Below, piece after piece: positions 38,501-51,952 of a DNA stretch of 64,000 nt. The stretch covers positions 30,010,001 through 30,074,000 of the forward strand of contig NC_086109.1 of assembly GCF_963921235.1 (NCBI RefSeq), read 5' to 3'. The notes below the pieces were generated by a model. The model was not told the DNA's origin. It did not search any database and saw only the letters and a list, made by a program, of their open reading frames with translations. The translations under genes were made by a program, and so were the position numbers. Each line of letters starts with the position of its first letter. The stretch's first letter is position 1. This DNA is from Mobula hypostoma. Its lineage: Eukaryota.

Positions 38501-40537
38501 TTAAAGAGCAAGGACAAAAGGTTAAATTGGTATTTAATCCACTCAGAGTTAAAGATATTCTGACAGCTTGAATACAATTCAACACGCTATACAACTTTTT
38601 ACAAGTTTTGTTCCTAATTCATTGATTTTAAGAATCATTGTATATCTGATTCAGTACTTTGTAACTGTTCCAATTGTAAGGTTTACTAAGGTTGAAATAA
38701 TTTTAGTGTTTTACAAATTTAGTACTACACCAACAGGGAAAAATAAAATAAATGTTTATGGATTAGGTTTAATTGAGAATTACTTCACTAAAAGGTTTTG
38801 TACTATCAAGCATTGGAAAAGGGCAGAAGTAAAATTATCTTTAAAGATGTAGACGTTATGCTACAGCTGCGTTCACAGATCCCCAGGTATCTCATTCATT
38901 AAACACATTGATTTAACTTCCGTCTTCTATAATTCTATTACTATGATGGGCTTTGTGTCATCGATTTCTAGTTGACATGTAATTTACCATGGGGAAATAA
39001 ACCAGAGCAATTTTTTGTGTTGCATCATGAAAAGTTTTAATTTATTTAGGCAATTATTTTGTGCATAAATCTTTTTACTCCTTATTTAATCCTTTCTCTG
39101 TAACCCTGTATTTACTTTTCCTCATGCATGTGTCAATATCATATGCTTCAACTTTTCCACATGTTAGCAAATTTTGTTGAAAAAATATACAGTACCCTAC
39201 TCCCAAGTGCATCATTTATGTCCATCATGTATTAACACTTGTTTTGAATTTATTTCATATGGAACCATTGTCAAGATCAGACTCATTGAATCATGTCATT
39301 GTTGTAAAGAAATCTATTGCATGCTCTTATGCGGAGAAAAGATCCAGATATGGATTATGTTCAGCTGATTGTTTTCTCTTTCCAGAGCTTCACTGGCTAA
39401 AAACACTTTGAATTGAAATACATACAGCTCGCTAAAAAGTGGACTGTTGTAGGAATCTATATAAATTTGAGAAAACCTATGTAGCTCTAAAAATGAACCC
39501 TTGTGCTTCAAACTTGCTTGAATTGTATCCTTATCTGTTTAACTGACTACTCAGTGTCAATTGCCAAGTTTTCTTTGTTTCTGTACATCCCAATCATCTT
39601 GCGTCCAATCAAAACCAATTCATTTGCCCTTTATTTTATTAAATATTACAATTTAACTGCCTATGTTAGGACCTTACTTGAGCTATTTTTATAATCTCCA
39701 CTTTGATATCTGTATCTCTAATTCACTGTCATTTGAAGTTCTCATTTCATACTTCTAATTCCTGTGCTCAAGGCTGCTTTACATTTTGGCAATTCTAGTC
39801 CCAGCAAAATCCCTGCATGATTTTACTTTTTACTTACCTGAGAAGCTTTCTGAAATTCCTTACTGTTTTGTTTTGTTAGCTGTTGTTTAATCTGTTATAT
39901 TAACTGTTTTGCTGTCATCGTCTTCGAGTTCCCTTTTCTTATCCACTCTATTGTTCTTTTCTACTTTTTAAGAGGATTTGGTGTGGCTTAAATATAAACA
40001 GTTTTAGAATTCCATGTAAACTTTTTGTTCCAACTGTAGTAAAGTGAGGTGCCCTGGCATGTCTTTTTTTTAAAGCAAAACTGTTGATCTGTGGAAGTGA
40101 TTAACATATTCCTTAATACTTAATGAGTTACCTGTAGAATAAATGGATTAATATATGGGTCCCATCCCAACTTTGGAGCTCAGTAGCTTGTACATGATGT
40201 AGAATTATTATGGTGGTATGGAAAAAGTGCCATAATACAAGGTATTTAGTTCCAAATGATGAATTGAATATACAACATTTGAAAGAACACTCTCAATGTT
40301 GATTTGGATTCATTCCTAATCTTGGGTTGAATAATTGACTTTCAAGTGTGATTACAAGGCAGAATTGTAATATCATGGTTCAAACTGAGTCATGAAGCTA
40401 GAGAGCTTTATAGGTGCCATGCACACTCAATCATTAGATCTCAGTCTTTGGTGGGGTGGGGGGGAGGAGTACCCCTGGAGTGACTCAGTGTGAGATTTGT
40501 TCTATTTATTTTTAAAGATTTTAGTTTTAATCAATTT

Positions 40538-41848
40538 AAACACAAGGAAGTCCGCAGATGCTGGAAATCCAAAACAACTCTCTCAAAATACCGGAGGAAC
40601 AAAGTAGGCTTGGCTGCATCTATGGAAATGAATAAACAGTCGACACTTTCTTGAAGGAGAAATCAATATTCATGCCATCAGGTTGGAGGCTACCCAGACG
40701 GAATATAATGTGTTGCTCCTCCACCCAGAGGATGACGTCATTGTGGCACAAGAGGCCATGGACAGATGTGTAGGAAGGGGAATGGAAATTGGAATTAAAA
40801 TGCTTGGCCACTGGAAGTTCCGCTTTTGGCGGATGGTTTGGAGGTGCTCGATGAAGCAGTCCCCCAATTTACAATGGATCTCACCAATATAGAGGAGGTT
40901 GCATTTGGGCCACAGGACACAATAGATGACACCAGCAGCTTTGCAGGTGAAGAGTTGCCTCACCAGGAAGGACTGTTTGGGGCCCTGAATGGAGGCGTGG
41001 GAGTAGGTGAATCAGTAGGTGCAACACCTGGGCCACTTGCTGGAAATAAGTGCCAGGAAGGAAATTAGCGGCAAAGGACGAATGGACAAGAGAATCGTGA
41101 AGGGAGTGATTTTCGTGGAATGCAGGGAGGGAAGGTAGAGATGTCTTTAGTGGTAGGTTGCCTTTGGAGATGGCGGAGTTTGCAGAGGATTTGTTGGTTG
41201 CGGAGGCTGATGGGGTGGTTGGTAAGGATGAGAGGAACTCGCTATTGTTAAGGCGGCGGAAAGATGGGGTGAGTGCAGATGTGGTGGGAAGAAGGGGTTT
41301 CCCTTCTCCACTGTTAATGCTGTGCTCACCTGCATCGCCTCCATTTCCCAAAACTCTTCCTTTTTCTCATTTCCTTCATTTCCGCCGTATCTGTTCCCAG
41401 GTGCCTTCCTTTCCAGAACATCAGGGATGACTTCCTTCTTCAAAAAACAGGAGGTTCCCTTCCTCCATTATTGATACTGCCCTCAGCTGCATCTCCATTT
41501 CTCAAGCATCTTCTGGTTTAAAAAACAATGCTTTTCCCTCCCCCGCTTCTATTTCCCACTCTGGCCATTTACCTCTTCTCACCTGCCTATCACTTTTCCC
41601 ATGAACCCCTCCACTTCCCTTTCTACTATGGTCCATTCTCCTCTCCAATCAGATTCCTTCTTCTCCAGCCCTTTACCTTTCCCAGCCACTTGGTTTCACC
41701 TGTTACCTTTTAGCTAGGCTCCTTCCCCTCTCCCCACCTTTTCATTCTGGCGTCTTCCCCTTCTATTTCAGTCCTGAAGAAGAATCCAAGGATCTCGGCC
41801 TGAAACCTTGGTTGTTCACTCATTTCTACAGATACTGCCTGACCTAAT
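40538..41848. mobile_element. Rearranged Penelope-like element: minus-strand GIY-YIG remnant between inverted terminal repeats
   Basis: Minus-strand FTCKAAGVIYCVLWPKCNLLYIGEIHCKLGDCFIEHL and EEQHIIFRLGSLQPDGMNIDFS; terminal repeats at both ends in opposite orientation. Confidence 0.85.
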
Positions 41849-42602
41849 TAATTTAAAGTCTATTTTTTGGGTGGTAGTTATATTTGGTACAGATTGTGCT
41901 CTGCATAGTTGAGATATGATGTCCACAATGATCAACAACTCTTTGTCATTACTACAAGTTTGTTGAAAAATAATTTGCTGTGAATTATCAGGAAATTGTA
42001 TGACTAGCATATTTTATTATATGTTAATTCTATGCAAGATGCAGGAAAGAATTGCCTCCCAAATTACTTTATTATGTGGCCATCTGGAAGTCAAAGCTGA
42101 TTTCACTGGAAACAGATGTCATTATGTGATATTAAATCAGCTGCAGTATTCTGGTTAAAAGACAGCATCATTTTAAGATAAATGAAACAAATAAATTAAT
42201 GTCTTTATTTGCAGCATATTAATGCTTAATTTATATTAGATAAGCTAGCATTACCTCTGCTTTGCACGACACAGAAACAGCTGTACTCTGAGCATACCTT
42301 GAACGTAAATAAGGGATCTGCTTTAAATTCAGTTAAGTGTGTGCTTGTTACCTTTTTCTGTGCAAATTAGTTGTTTCCTTTAAAATATAGAACTGTACCA
42401 CACGGAACCAGTCCACTTGGCCCATGTTGTCTGTGCTGATCGTGATGCAAATTAAACTAGACTATTTTCCTACGCATAATCCAGGTTCCTCCATTGTCTA
42501 AACACTTCTAAACTTTGCTGTTGTATCTGCTCCCACCAACTTTGACAGCCGCCTTTGCTGTTTTCAATTCCACCAATTTTTGTGTCATTTGCAGAACTTA
42601 GT

Positions 42603-45600
42603 CAGTCATAGAAGTGTACAGCACAGAAACAGGCCCTTTGTCCCATCTAGTCTGTGCCAAACCATTTAAACTACTTTACTCCCATTGACCTACACCAGCA
42701 CCATAACCCTCCATACCCTTACCACCCATGTACCCATCCAGACTTAAACATTGAAATCATACTCGCATCCAGCATTTGTGCTGGTAGTTCGTTCCACACT
42801 CTCGTCGTTCTTGGAGTGAAGAAGTTTCCCTTCATGTTCCCCTTAAACTTTTCACCTTTTACTCTTCACCCATGACCTCTTTCTTGCAGATAGGTGACCA
42901 AAACTGCTCACAATACCTCACCGATATCTTGTAGATGTTCAACATAACATCCCATCTCCTGTACTCAATACTTTATGAAGGCCAATGTGCTAAAAGCTTT
43001 CTTTACGATCCTATCAATTAATTATGAACCCGTATTCTCAGATTCCTTTGTTCTACTACACTCCTTAGTGCTCTACTGTTCACTGTTTAAGAGCAACCCT
43101 GGTTGGTCGTACCAAAGTGTAATATCTTGCACATTTCTGCATTAAATTCCATCTGCCATTTTTCAGCCCATTTTTCCAGCTAGTCCAGATCCTGTGGTAA
43201 GCCATGATGGTCTTCCTTGCTGTCTGCAACACCCCCAGTTTTGGTGTCATCTACAAATTTACTGGTCCAGTTAACTATATTATCATCCAGCTTGTTGATA
43301 GAGATGACAGACAACAACAGATTCAACACTGATCGCTGTGGCACTCCACTAGTCACAGGCATTCAGTAAGAAAGGTAACCATCTGCTACCACTCTCTAGC
43401 TTCTCCCACAAAAACAAAGTCTAATCTAATTTACTGCCTCATCTTGAATGCCGAGCAACTGAACTTTCTTGACTGACTACTCATGTGGGATCTTGTTAAA
43501 TGCCTTGCGAATGTCCATGTAGCCAACATCCACTGCCTGGCTCCGTCATCTTGCCTAGTAACTTCCATGAAAAACTCTAAGATTGGTTAGACATGACTTA
43601 CCATGCACAAAGGCATGCTGACTATCCTTAAGCAGTCCATTTCGATCATAATACTCACGTATCTATTCCCTTAGAATACCCATAACTTCTCTACTACTTA
43701 TGTCAGGCTCACTGGCCTATAATATCCTAGTTTATTTTTAGAACCTTTCTTAAAACAGTGGAACAGCATGGGCTATCTTTCAGTCCGCTGGTACCTCACC
43801 TGCAGCTAAGGCTGTTTTAAATATCTCTGCTCGGGCCTCTGCAATTTCTGCACTAGCCTCCCACAGGGTCTGAGGGAACACCTTGTTAGGCCTTGGAGAT
43901 TTATCCGCTCTAATTTGTCTCAAGACAGCAAACACCTCCTCCGCTGTAAACTGCAGATGGTCCTTAAAGTTGATGCTGTTTTCCCTCACTTCAATAGACT
44001 GTGTCCATCTCCTGAATAAATATGGTTGCAAAAAGTTCATTTAACGTCTCCCCAATTCTTTTGGCTCCACACACAATTACCAATCTGATCTTCCAGAGGA
44101 CCAATTTTGTCCCTTGCAATCCGTTTGCTATTTACTTACTATTTACTTTACTTTATTGTCGCCAAACAATTGATACTAGAGCATACAATCATCACAGCGA
44201 TATTTGATTCTGCGCTTCGCGCTCCCTGGAATACAAATAGATAGTAAATAGTAAAAATTTAAATTATAAATCATAAATAGAAAATAGAAAAGGGAAAGTA
44301 AGGTAGTGCAAAACAACCAAGAGGCAGGTCCGGATATTTAGAGAGCACGGCCCAGATCCGGGTCAGGATCCGTTCAGCAGTCTTATCACAGTTGGAAAGA
44401 AGCTGTTCCCAAATCTGGCCGTATAAGTCTTCAAGCTCCTGAGCCTTCTCCCGGAGGGAAGAGGGATGAAAAGTGTGTTGGCTGGGTGGGTCATGTCCTT
44501 GATTATCCTGGCAGCACTGCTCCGACAGCATACGGTGTAAAGTGAATCCAAGGATGGAAGATTGGTTTGTGTGATGTGCTGGGCTGTGTTATGATACACC
44601 CCAGAAGAATGCTTTCTACGGTGCATCTATAAAAATTGGTGAGGGTTTTAGGGGACAAGCCAAATTTCTTTAGCTTTCTCAGGAAGTAAAGGCACTGGTG
44701 GGCCTTCTTGGCAGTGGACTCTGCTTGGTTGGACCAAGTCAGGTCATTTGTGATATTGACCCTGAGGAACTTAAAGCTTTTGACCTGTTCCACTTGCGCA
44801 CCACCGATGTAAATGGAGTCGTGCGGTCCGCTATTCCTTCTGAAGTCAACAACCAATTCTTTCATCTTGCTGACGTTGAGGTATAGGTTATTGTCTTCGC
44901 ACCATGCTACCAGGTTCTTAATTTCCTCCCTGTACTCAAACTCATCATTAACGGAGATACGGCCTACAATTGTGGTGTCATCAGCAAACTTATATGTTGA
45001 GTTCGATGTAAACTTGGCTACACAATCATGGGTGTACAGTGAGTACAGTAGGGGGCTGAGTACACAGCCTTGTGGGGCACCGTGTTCAGAGTGATTGTAG
45101 ACGAGAGCTTGTCCCCTATTTTTACAGCCTGGATCCTGTCTGTGAGGAAGTTGAAGATCCAGTTGCAGGTCTGAGTGCTAAGGCCCAGGTTCTGGGGCTT
45201 AGGAATCAGTTTATTTGGAATGATGGTATTAAAGGCAGAGCTGTAGTCAATGAAAAGGAGCCTTACATATGCGTCTTTATTCTCCAGGTGTCCTAAGGAG
45301 GAATGTAGGGCCAGAGAGATGGCATCTGCCGTTGAGCTGTTGCTCCAGTAGGCAAATTGCAAAGCATTGAGGTTGACCGGTAGGCTGTGGTTGATGTATG
45401 CCATAATGAATCGCTTGAAGCACTTCATAGCAATTGATATCAGAGCCACAGGTCAATAGTCATTCAGGCATGCCACCTTGCTCTTCTTCGGCACCGGGAT
45501 TATCGTTGCCTTCTTAAAACACGAGGGGATCTTAGACTGAAGCAAGGAGCAGTTGAAGATGTCAGCAAACACTCCAGCTAGTTCGCTTGCACAGGCCCGG

Positions 45601-46010
45601 AGAACCTGTCCCGGGACGCCATCTGGGCCCGTCACCTTCCTTGGATTTATCTTCAGGAAGGCCCTTCTAACATCCTCCTCGGTGACGATGAATCTCGATG
45701 CCACCAGGTCCAGTTCATCCGTGGGGGGCGGGACGCTCCCCTTCTGTTCGAATCTTGGGTAGAATACGTTAAGTTCGTCAGGAAGAGAACCGCCACAGTT
45801 ATTGATATTGCTCTAAAGATATCTGTAGAATTCCTTGGAATTCTCCTTCACCATGTCTGCTAAGGCCACCTCATGCCTTCTCTTAGCCCTTCTGATTTTT
45901 TTCTAAGTGTTCCCTTGTATTTCTTGTATTCCTTAAGCACCTCATTTGTTCCTACCTTCCTATACCTGCAATGCACCTCTTTTTTTCGCTTAACCAATTC
46001 ATCTAACTTA
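42603..46010 (-). mobile_element. Minus-strand CR1 (42603-44130, 45812-46010) split by a Rex1/Babar element
   Basis: SGVPQRSVL...KFVDD (43180-43362) and KSPRPNKVFPQTLWEA (43780-44040). Confidence 0.82.
44130..45810 (-). mobile_element. 5'-truncated Rex1/Babar-like LINE RT
   Basis: [27 protein letters not shown] and SFKFLRVNITNDL motifs; (taaag)-type tail at 44130-44156; ttgct repeated at both flanks. Confidence 0.9.
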
Positions 46011-46904
46011 CTAGTCAGTTCAACTACATTTTCATCCAAGGCACTCAAACTACAGAGTTTCTAGCATTGATCCCTATGAAACACCACTGGTGACAGCATT
46101 CCAATCAGAATGACATTCTGCCACCATTACTCCTTTTTTTGGGTTAATCAGTTTTATATTCAGCCCACCAAATGGCCACGGATCCCATACATCTTAATTT
46201 TGGTCATTCTACCATGAGTGAACTTGTCAAATGGTTTCCTTTGGTACAATTGTATAAGGAAAATTTGAACTGATATGCATTGACATTTTGAGATCTTTTC
46301 AGAATCAAAGTCAGGTTTCATATCACTGGCGTATGTCATGACATTTGTTTTGCAGTAGCATTGCAGTGCTACAGTACTTAATAAGAACTGTAAATTACAA
46401 TAAGAAATGTATATTTTTTAAATGTAGTGTAAAATGAGAGCAAAAAATAGGGAGGTACTGTACATGGGTTCATTGTCTGTTCAGAAATCTGATGACTGAG
46501 GAGAAGTAGCAGTTCCTAAAATGTTCAGTGTATGTCTCAACGATTTGGAAACTGTTTTTTCCCTCTGCCATCACATGTAATTTGAATGAGACCTTGGAAT
46601 AGAAATATAGAAGTAGCAGATTTGTGTAGCTGTGAAACATTGTGAAAGAATTAACTTCCCATGGCATTGTTTTTTTTTTCTCATTTTATTCTGTTTAAGT
46701 TTATTTTTCCTACCTCATTGTAGTGGGAATTAAAAGTACCGAACAGTTACCAGGATGGAGGTTAAAAATTTCAACTGGAAATAGAAAAATTATGTCATGA
46801 GGGCACTTTTACAATAGTAATGGGGATTTCATTATGCAGGCAGATTGGGGAAAATCAGTTTGGTGCTAGATCCCATGAGAGGGAATTTGTAGAATGCCTA
46901 CGAG

Positions 46905-48665
46905 ATGACAGTGATGCAGCCTGACAGAATGCTCTCCACGGTACAGCTATAGAAGCTTTAGAGTGTATTTGTGACATGCCAGATCTCTTCAAACTCCTAA
47001 TAAAGTATAGACGCTGCCTTGCCTTCTTTATAACTACACTGATATGTTGGGACCAGGTTTGATCCTCAGAGATCTTGACACACAGGAACTTGAAACTGCT
47101 CACTCTCTCCACTTCTGATCCCTCTGAGGATTGGTATGTGTTCCTTAGTCTTACCCTTCCTGAAGTCCACAATCAGCTTTTTCGTCTTACTGACGTTGAG
47201 TGCCAGGTTGTTGCTGTGGCAGCACTCCACTGGTTGGTATATCTCACTCCTGTACGCCCGCTTATCATCACTTGAGATTCTGCCAACAATGGTTGTATCG
47301 TCAGCAAATTTATAGATGATATTTGAGCAATGCCTAGCCACCTAGTCATGTGTATATAGAGAGTAGAGCAGTGGACTAAGCACACGCCCCTGAGGTGCAC
47401 CAGTGTTGATAGTCAGCGAGGAGGAGATGTTATCACCAATCCGCACGGATTGTGGTCTAACAGTTAGGAAGTTGAGGATCCAATTGCACAGGGAGGTACA
47501 GAGGCCCAGGTTCTGCAACTTCTCAATCAGGATTGTGGGAATGATCGTATTAAATGCTGAACAGCATCCTGACAGGGTGTTTGTGTTGTCCAGATGGTCT
47601 AAAGGTGTGTGGAGAGCCATTGAGGTTGCATCTGTCGTTGACCTATTGTGGCGATAGGCAAATTGCAATTGGTCCAGGTCCTTGCTGAGGCAGGAGTTCA
47701 GTCTAGTCATGAACAGCCTCTCAAAACATTTCATCACTGTCGATGTGAGTGCTACCGGGTGAGTCATTAAGACAGCCCACATTATTCTTCTCGGGCACTG
47801 GAATAATTGTTGCCTTTTTAAAGCCAGTAGGAACTTCTGCCCGTAGCAGTGCGAGATCGAAAATGTCCTTGAATACTCCCGCTAGTTGGTTGGCACAGGT
47901 TTTTAGAGCCTTACCAGATACTCCATCGGGGCCTTCGGCCTTGCAAGGGTTTACTCTCTTTAAAGACAGCCTAATATTGACCTCTGAGACTGAGATCACA
48001 GGGTCATCAGGTGCAGCAGGAATCTTCACAACTGTAGTTGTGTTCTCCCTTTCAAAGCGAGCATAGAAAGCATTGAGTTCATCTGGTAGTGAAGCATTTC
48101 TGCCATTCATGCTATTGGGTTTCGCTTTGTAGGAAGTAATGTCTTGCGGACCCTGTCACAGTTGCCATGCATCCGATGTCACCTCCAGCCTCGTTCAAAA
48201 CTGTCTCTTTGCCCTTGAAATAGCCCTCTGCTAATCATGCCTGGTTTTCTGGTACGGGCCTTGGTTGCCAGACTTGAATTCCACAGATCTAGCCTTCAAC
48301 AGACGACGTACCTCCTGGTTCATCCATGTCTTTTGGTTTGGGAATGTACAGTAAGTCTCTGTGGGCACACACTCCACACAGGTTTTAATGAAGTCGGTAA
48401 CAACTGCAGCTTAGTCATTCAGGTTCGAAGATGAATCCTTGAATACAGTCCAGTCCACCGATTCAAAGCAGTCCTGTAGGCGCTCCTGTGCTTCCCACAT
48501 CCATACTTTCTTGGTCCTCAACTGCAGGTGCTGCAGTCTTCAGTCTCTACCTATATTCAGAGAGTAGAAGCACAGCTAGGTGATCAGACTTCCCAAAGTG
48601 AGGGTGTGGAATAGCACGGTAGGCATTCTTGATGGTGGTATAGCAATGGTCCAGTGTGTTGTCCA
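46905..48665 (-). mobile_element. Rex1/Babar-like LINE (EN remnant plus RT), frameshifted
   Basis: [35 protein letters not shown] and YKFADDTT motifs. Confidence 0.9.
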
Positions 48666-48767
48666 TTCAGTATGGTTCATTCTGAAAAGTCTTTCAGAAT
48701 AAATGGATACAGTCCTTCCCATCACAGAAAAAACTGAACACATTTCACAGGAGCACTGTTACAAGAG

Positions 48768-49700
48768 CATAGAACATAGAAATCTACAGCATATAACAGG
48801 CCCTTCAGCCCACAATGTTGTGCTGACAATGTAACTTACCCTAGAAACTGCCTAGAATTTCCCGAGCGCATAGTGCTCTGTTTTTCTAAGCTCCGTGTAC
48901 CTATCTAAGAGGCTCTTAAAAGACCCTATTGTATCTGCTTCCACCACCGTCACTGGTACTGCATTCCATGCACCCACTCTCTGTGTGGAGAAACTTACCC
49001 CTGACATCCGCTCAGTACCTATTTCCAAGCACCTTAAAATTATGCCCCCTCCTGTTAGGTATTTCAGCCCTAGGAAAAAGCCTTGGGCAATCTACACAAT
49101 CAATGCCCCTTATCATATTATACACCTCTATGAAGTTGCCTCTCATCCTCCGTCGCTCCAAGGAGAAAAGGCCAAGTTCCCTCAACCTATTCTCATAAGG
49201 TACGCTCCAATCCAGACATCATCCTTGTAAATCTCCTCTGCACTCTGTCTGTAGTAGCCACACCCTGTTGTTAAGGGGGACAGCCACAGGGATGTTCTCC
49301 ACTACCTAACACCCTCCCTTCCCTCTTTTGACAGTCACCCACTTAACTGTCTTCTGTAGCCCCTGGCGTGACTACCAGCCTGTAGCTCCTGTCTATCACT
49401 TCCTCACTCTCCTTAACAAGCCGAAGATCATTGAGCTGCTGCTGCAGTTCCCTCATTCAGTCTCTAAGGAGCTGCAGCTCAATGCACCTGGTGCAGATGT
49501 GGCCATTAGGGAGGCTGGAACTCTCCTGGACATCCTACATCTGATACCCAGAACAGAAAACTGCCCTAAATGTCATACCCACTATTCTTGTTAAGGGGGG
49601 AAGAAAAAGTAACCTTCCCTTGCCTAGGCCCGTCCTTGCAGAAATCCCGATGAGCCAAAGCCCTACTACTCTGATGTCCACTCCTTCGACAACTGCTCCG
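48768..49700 (-). mobile_element. CR1 3' end (48768-49250) directly joined to a CR1 ORF1 remnant (49255-49700)
   Basis: (catagaa)n tail at 48768; the ORF1 part resembles 8400-8700. Confidence 0.65.
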
Positions 49701-49771
49701 CTAGACAGTGCTTCTCATTTATTTTGGAGCTGTCTCAGCGTCAGTGCATGATGACAAGCTACTGTGTTTGC

Positions 49772-50433
49772 CAGGCATCCCACCCTGCAAAAACTCATTT
49801 CAGGGAGGTAGCACCACCATTTCAGGAAGGTAGTACCCTGCCCCCCACAAACCCATATCCCCCCCCCGGGGTCGATCTCCAAGGGTGTATGTAACACTTT
49901 GTTTAGTGACTTCTGTCTAATTTGTAAACCAAGTTGGGTATTTGCAGAAAATGTGACATTAAAGTCTGTACAAATGTTTGTACTTATATTATATTATCAT
50001 GTTTATTCTATTACAACTTTAAGCAAATCTACAGGGAGTTTGGCCTCATCATGTAACATCAATAGAGTAGCTCCTTAGCAGCTAGCCAGCTAATTGAAAT
50101 AATGTTAGCTACACTAATGAACGAATGACGCCTGTTAAACTTACCTCATCATGTTGTTTACATTTTAACCCACCATGGGCAATCGAAAAGTCACTGTTGC
50201 AAACAGTGCAGCGAGCAACACTGTCATTATTTTTGAGGTCAACTGTAAAGCCCACCACCGAGAAAACTGATAGGTCTACTTAGCACGAAGAGAGACCAAT
50301 CAGGATGCTCACTCTCGCTCTCCCTCTAAAAAAAAATCGATTTCCGGGATATTGTTTATAATTTCTGGGCATCAGGGAGCCGCTATCAATATGTGGGAGA
50401 CTCCTGGAACTTCTGGGAGAGGTGGGATGTCTG
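49772..50433. mobile_element. Non-autonomous TIR DNA transposon, copy 1
   Basis: TIRs caggcatcccacc / ggtgggatgtctg; flanked by gtttgc on both sides. Confidence 0.8.
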
Positions 50434-50599
50434 GTTTGCACACTTCTCCCTCACTTGTGTGAAGCTTTGTCTCCCTTTGAATTGATTGGTTTGCTGCTAA
50501 TGTTCTGAGCCCTGCGAAACGCTCCTTTTTTAAACTCTTTTCCCCAACCTTGTGAAGCTCACTCTCTCTGAATTGATTGGTCCGCCGCAAATGCAGACC

Positions 50600-51055
50600 A
50601 GCTACCAGAAAGTAGCAACTATCATTAAGGACTCCCACCATCCAGGCCATGATCTCTTCACACTTCTGCCATAGGGGAGGAGATCTTGGAGCCTGAAGTC
50701 CCACACCGCCAGGTTCAGCATCAGCTATTACCTTTGGACTGTCAGTCTAGTGAACCAGCATGGATAGCTTCACTCACCTCATCTCTGAACTGATTCCACA
50801 ACCTATGGACTCACTTTCAAGGACTCTGCAACTTGTGTTCTCAGTATTATTTATTCATCCATTCATTTGTTTGTTATTTTTTTGTGTTTGTACAATTTGT
50901 TTTTTGCACATAGTTTTTTTGTGAATCGTTGTGTACAGTTTTCATTGATTCTGTTGATTTCTTTTTTCTGCTGCAAATGTCTGCAAGAAAATGAATCTCA
51001 GGATGGTATCTGGTGACATACCTACTGCCATAAGAAATTTATTTTGAACTTTGAA
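50600..51055 (+). mobile_element. Rex1/Babar-like LINE 3' end
   Basis: IIKDSHHPGHDLFTLLP-like coding remnant; tail tgaactttgaa. Confidence 0.7.
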
Positions 51056-51636
51056 CACCAACCAATCAATTGAACAAATATTGAAGAAAGCCGGAACTTG
51101 ATATGGTGAAATTATCATGATTTAGATAATGACTTGGTTGTTGAAAATTAATTATTTTCTAGTTAATTGCAGGAGGTATAACTATTTACGTCTTAACAAA
51201 TACAGAACTGATTGCATTGGCTTAGATTACTGCTTCAAAATCTGGAATTGATTATGGTTAAGGCTTGAATTTTTTAAATTTGTTAAAAACCAAACAACTC
51301 TAATAAGCAATCCAGCTGTAGTGGAAGCCAATTGTTTATAAAACTGCTTTAAACTTGTCAGAGACTTTGGGGAGATCTGGTTTGATTGGAAATTAAATAC
51401 AAAGGTTTACCAGGAGAATACATTTTTTTCCCCTCAAAGCTAAATCACTTTTGTGGTGGCAATAAATGTGAGCTATTCTGAATTCACATTTTCATTCATA
51501 TTGCTTAATCAAATTATTCATATAGGTATCTACCAATCATTTCCATCTGATTGTGTTGCATGGATTGGTGTAACAAACTAAAATAACGTCCATGTGACTG
51601 GAACTGAAGTGGAAACAGAAAAATGTTTATGAATGC

Positions 51637-51952
51637 CAGACATCCCACCTCTACCGGAAGTTCTGGGAGTCTCCCGCATATGAATAGTGGCTCCTTGATG
51701 CCTGCAAATTACATACAATGTCCGGGAAACCAATTTTTGTTGAGTGAGAGTGAGAGGGACTCCTTGCTATTGCCCATGGTGGATTAAGACTGCAAAACAC
51801 CTGTTGAGCTGAGTTTAACAGGTGTCATTTGTTACGTTATTTAAACTAGCTGGCTAGCTGCTAAGGAGCTACTCTATTGCAGACATCCCACCTCTCCCGG
51901 AAATTGATGGTGCTACCTCCCTGAAATGAGTTTTTGCAGGGTGGGATGTCTG
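51637..51952. mobile_element. Shorter copy 2 of the 49772-50433 element, in opposite orientation
   Basis: TIRs cagacatcccacc / ggtgggatgtctg; internal segments are the reverse complement of copy 1; extra internal TIR at ~51880. Confidence 0.8.

Noticed and set aside
36199..39694. Short 60-112 aa ORFs in the AT-rich region
   Set aside because: Low-complexity I/F/L/K-rich translations without recognisable domains or convincing splice structure.
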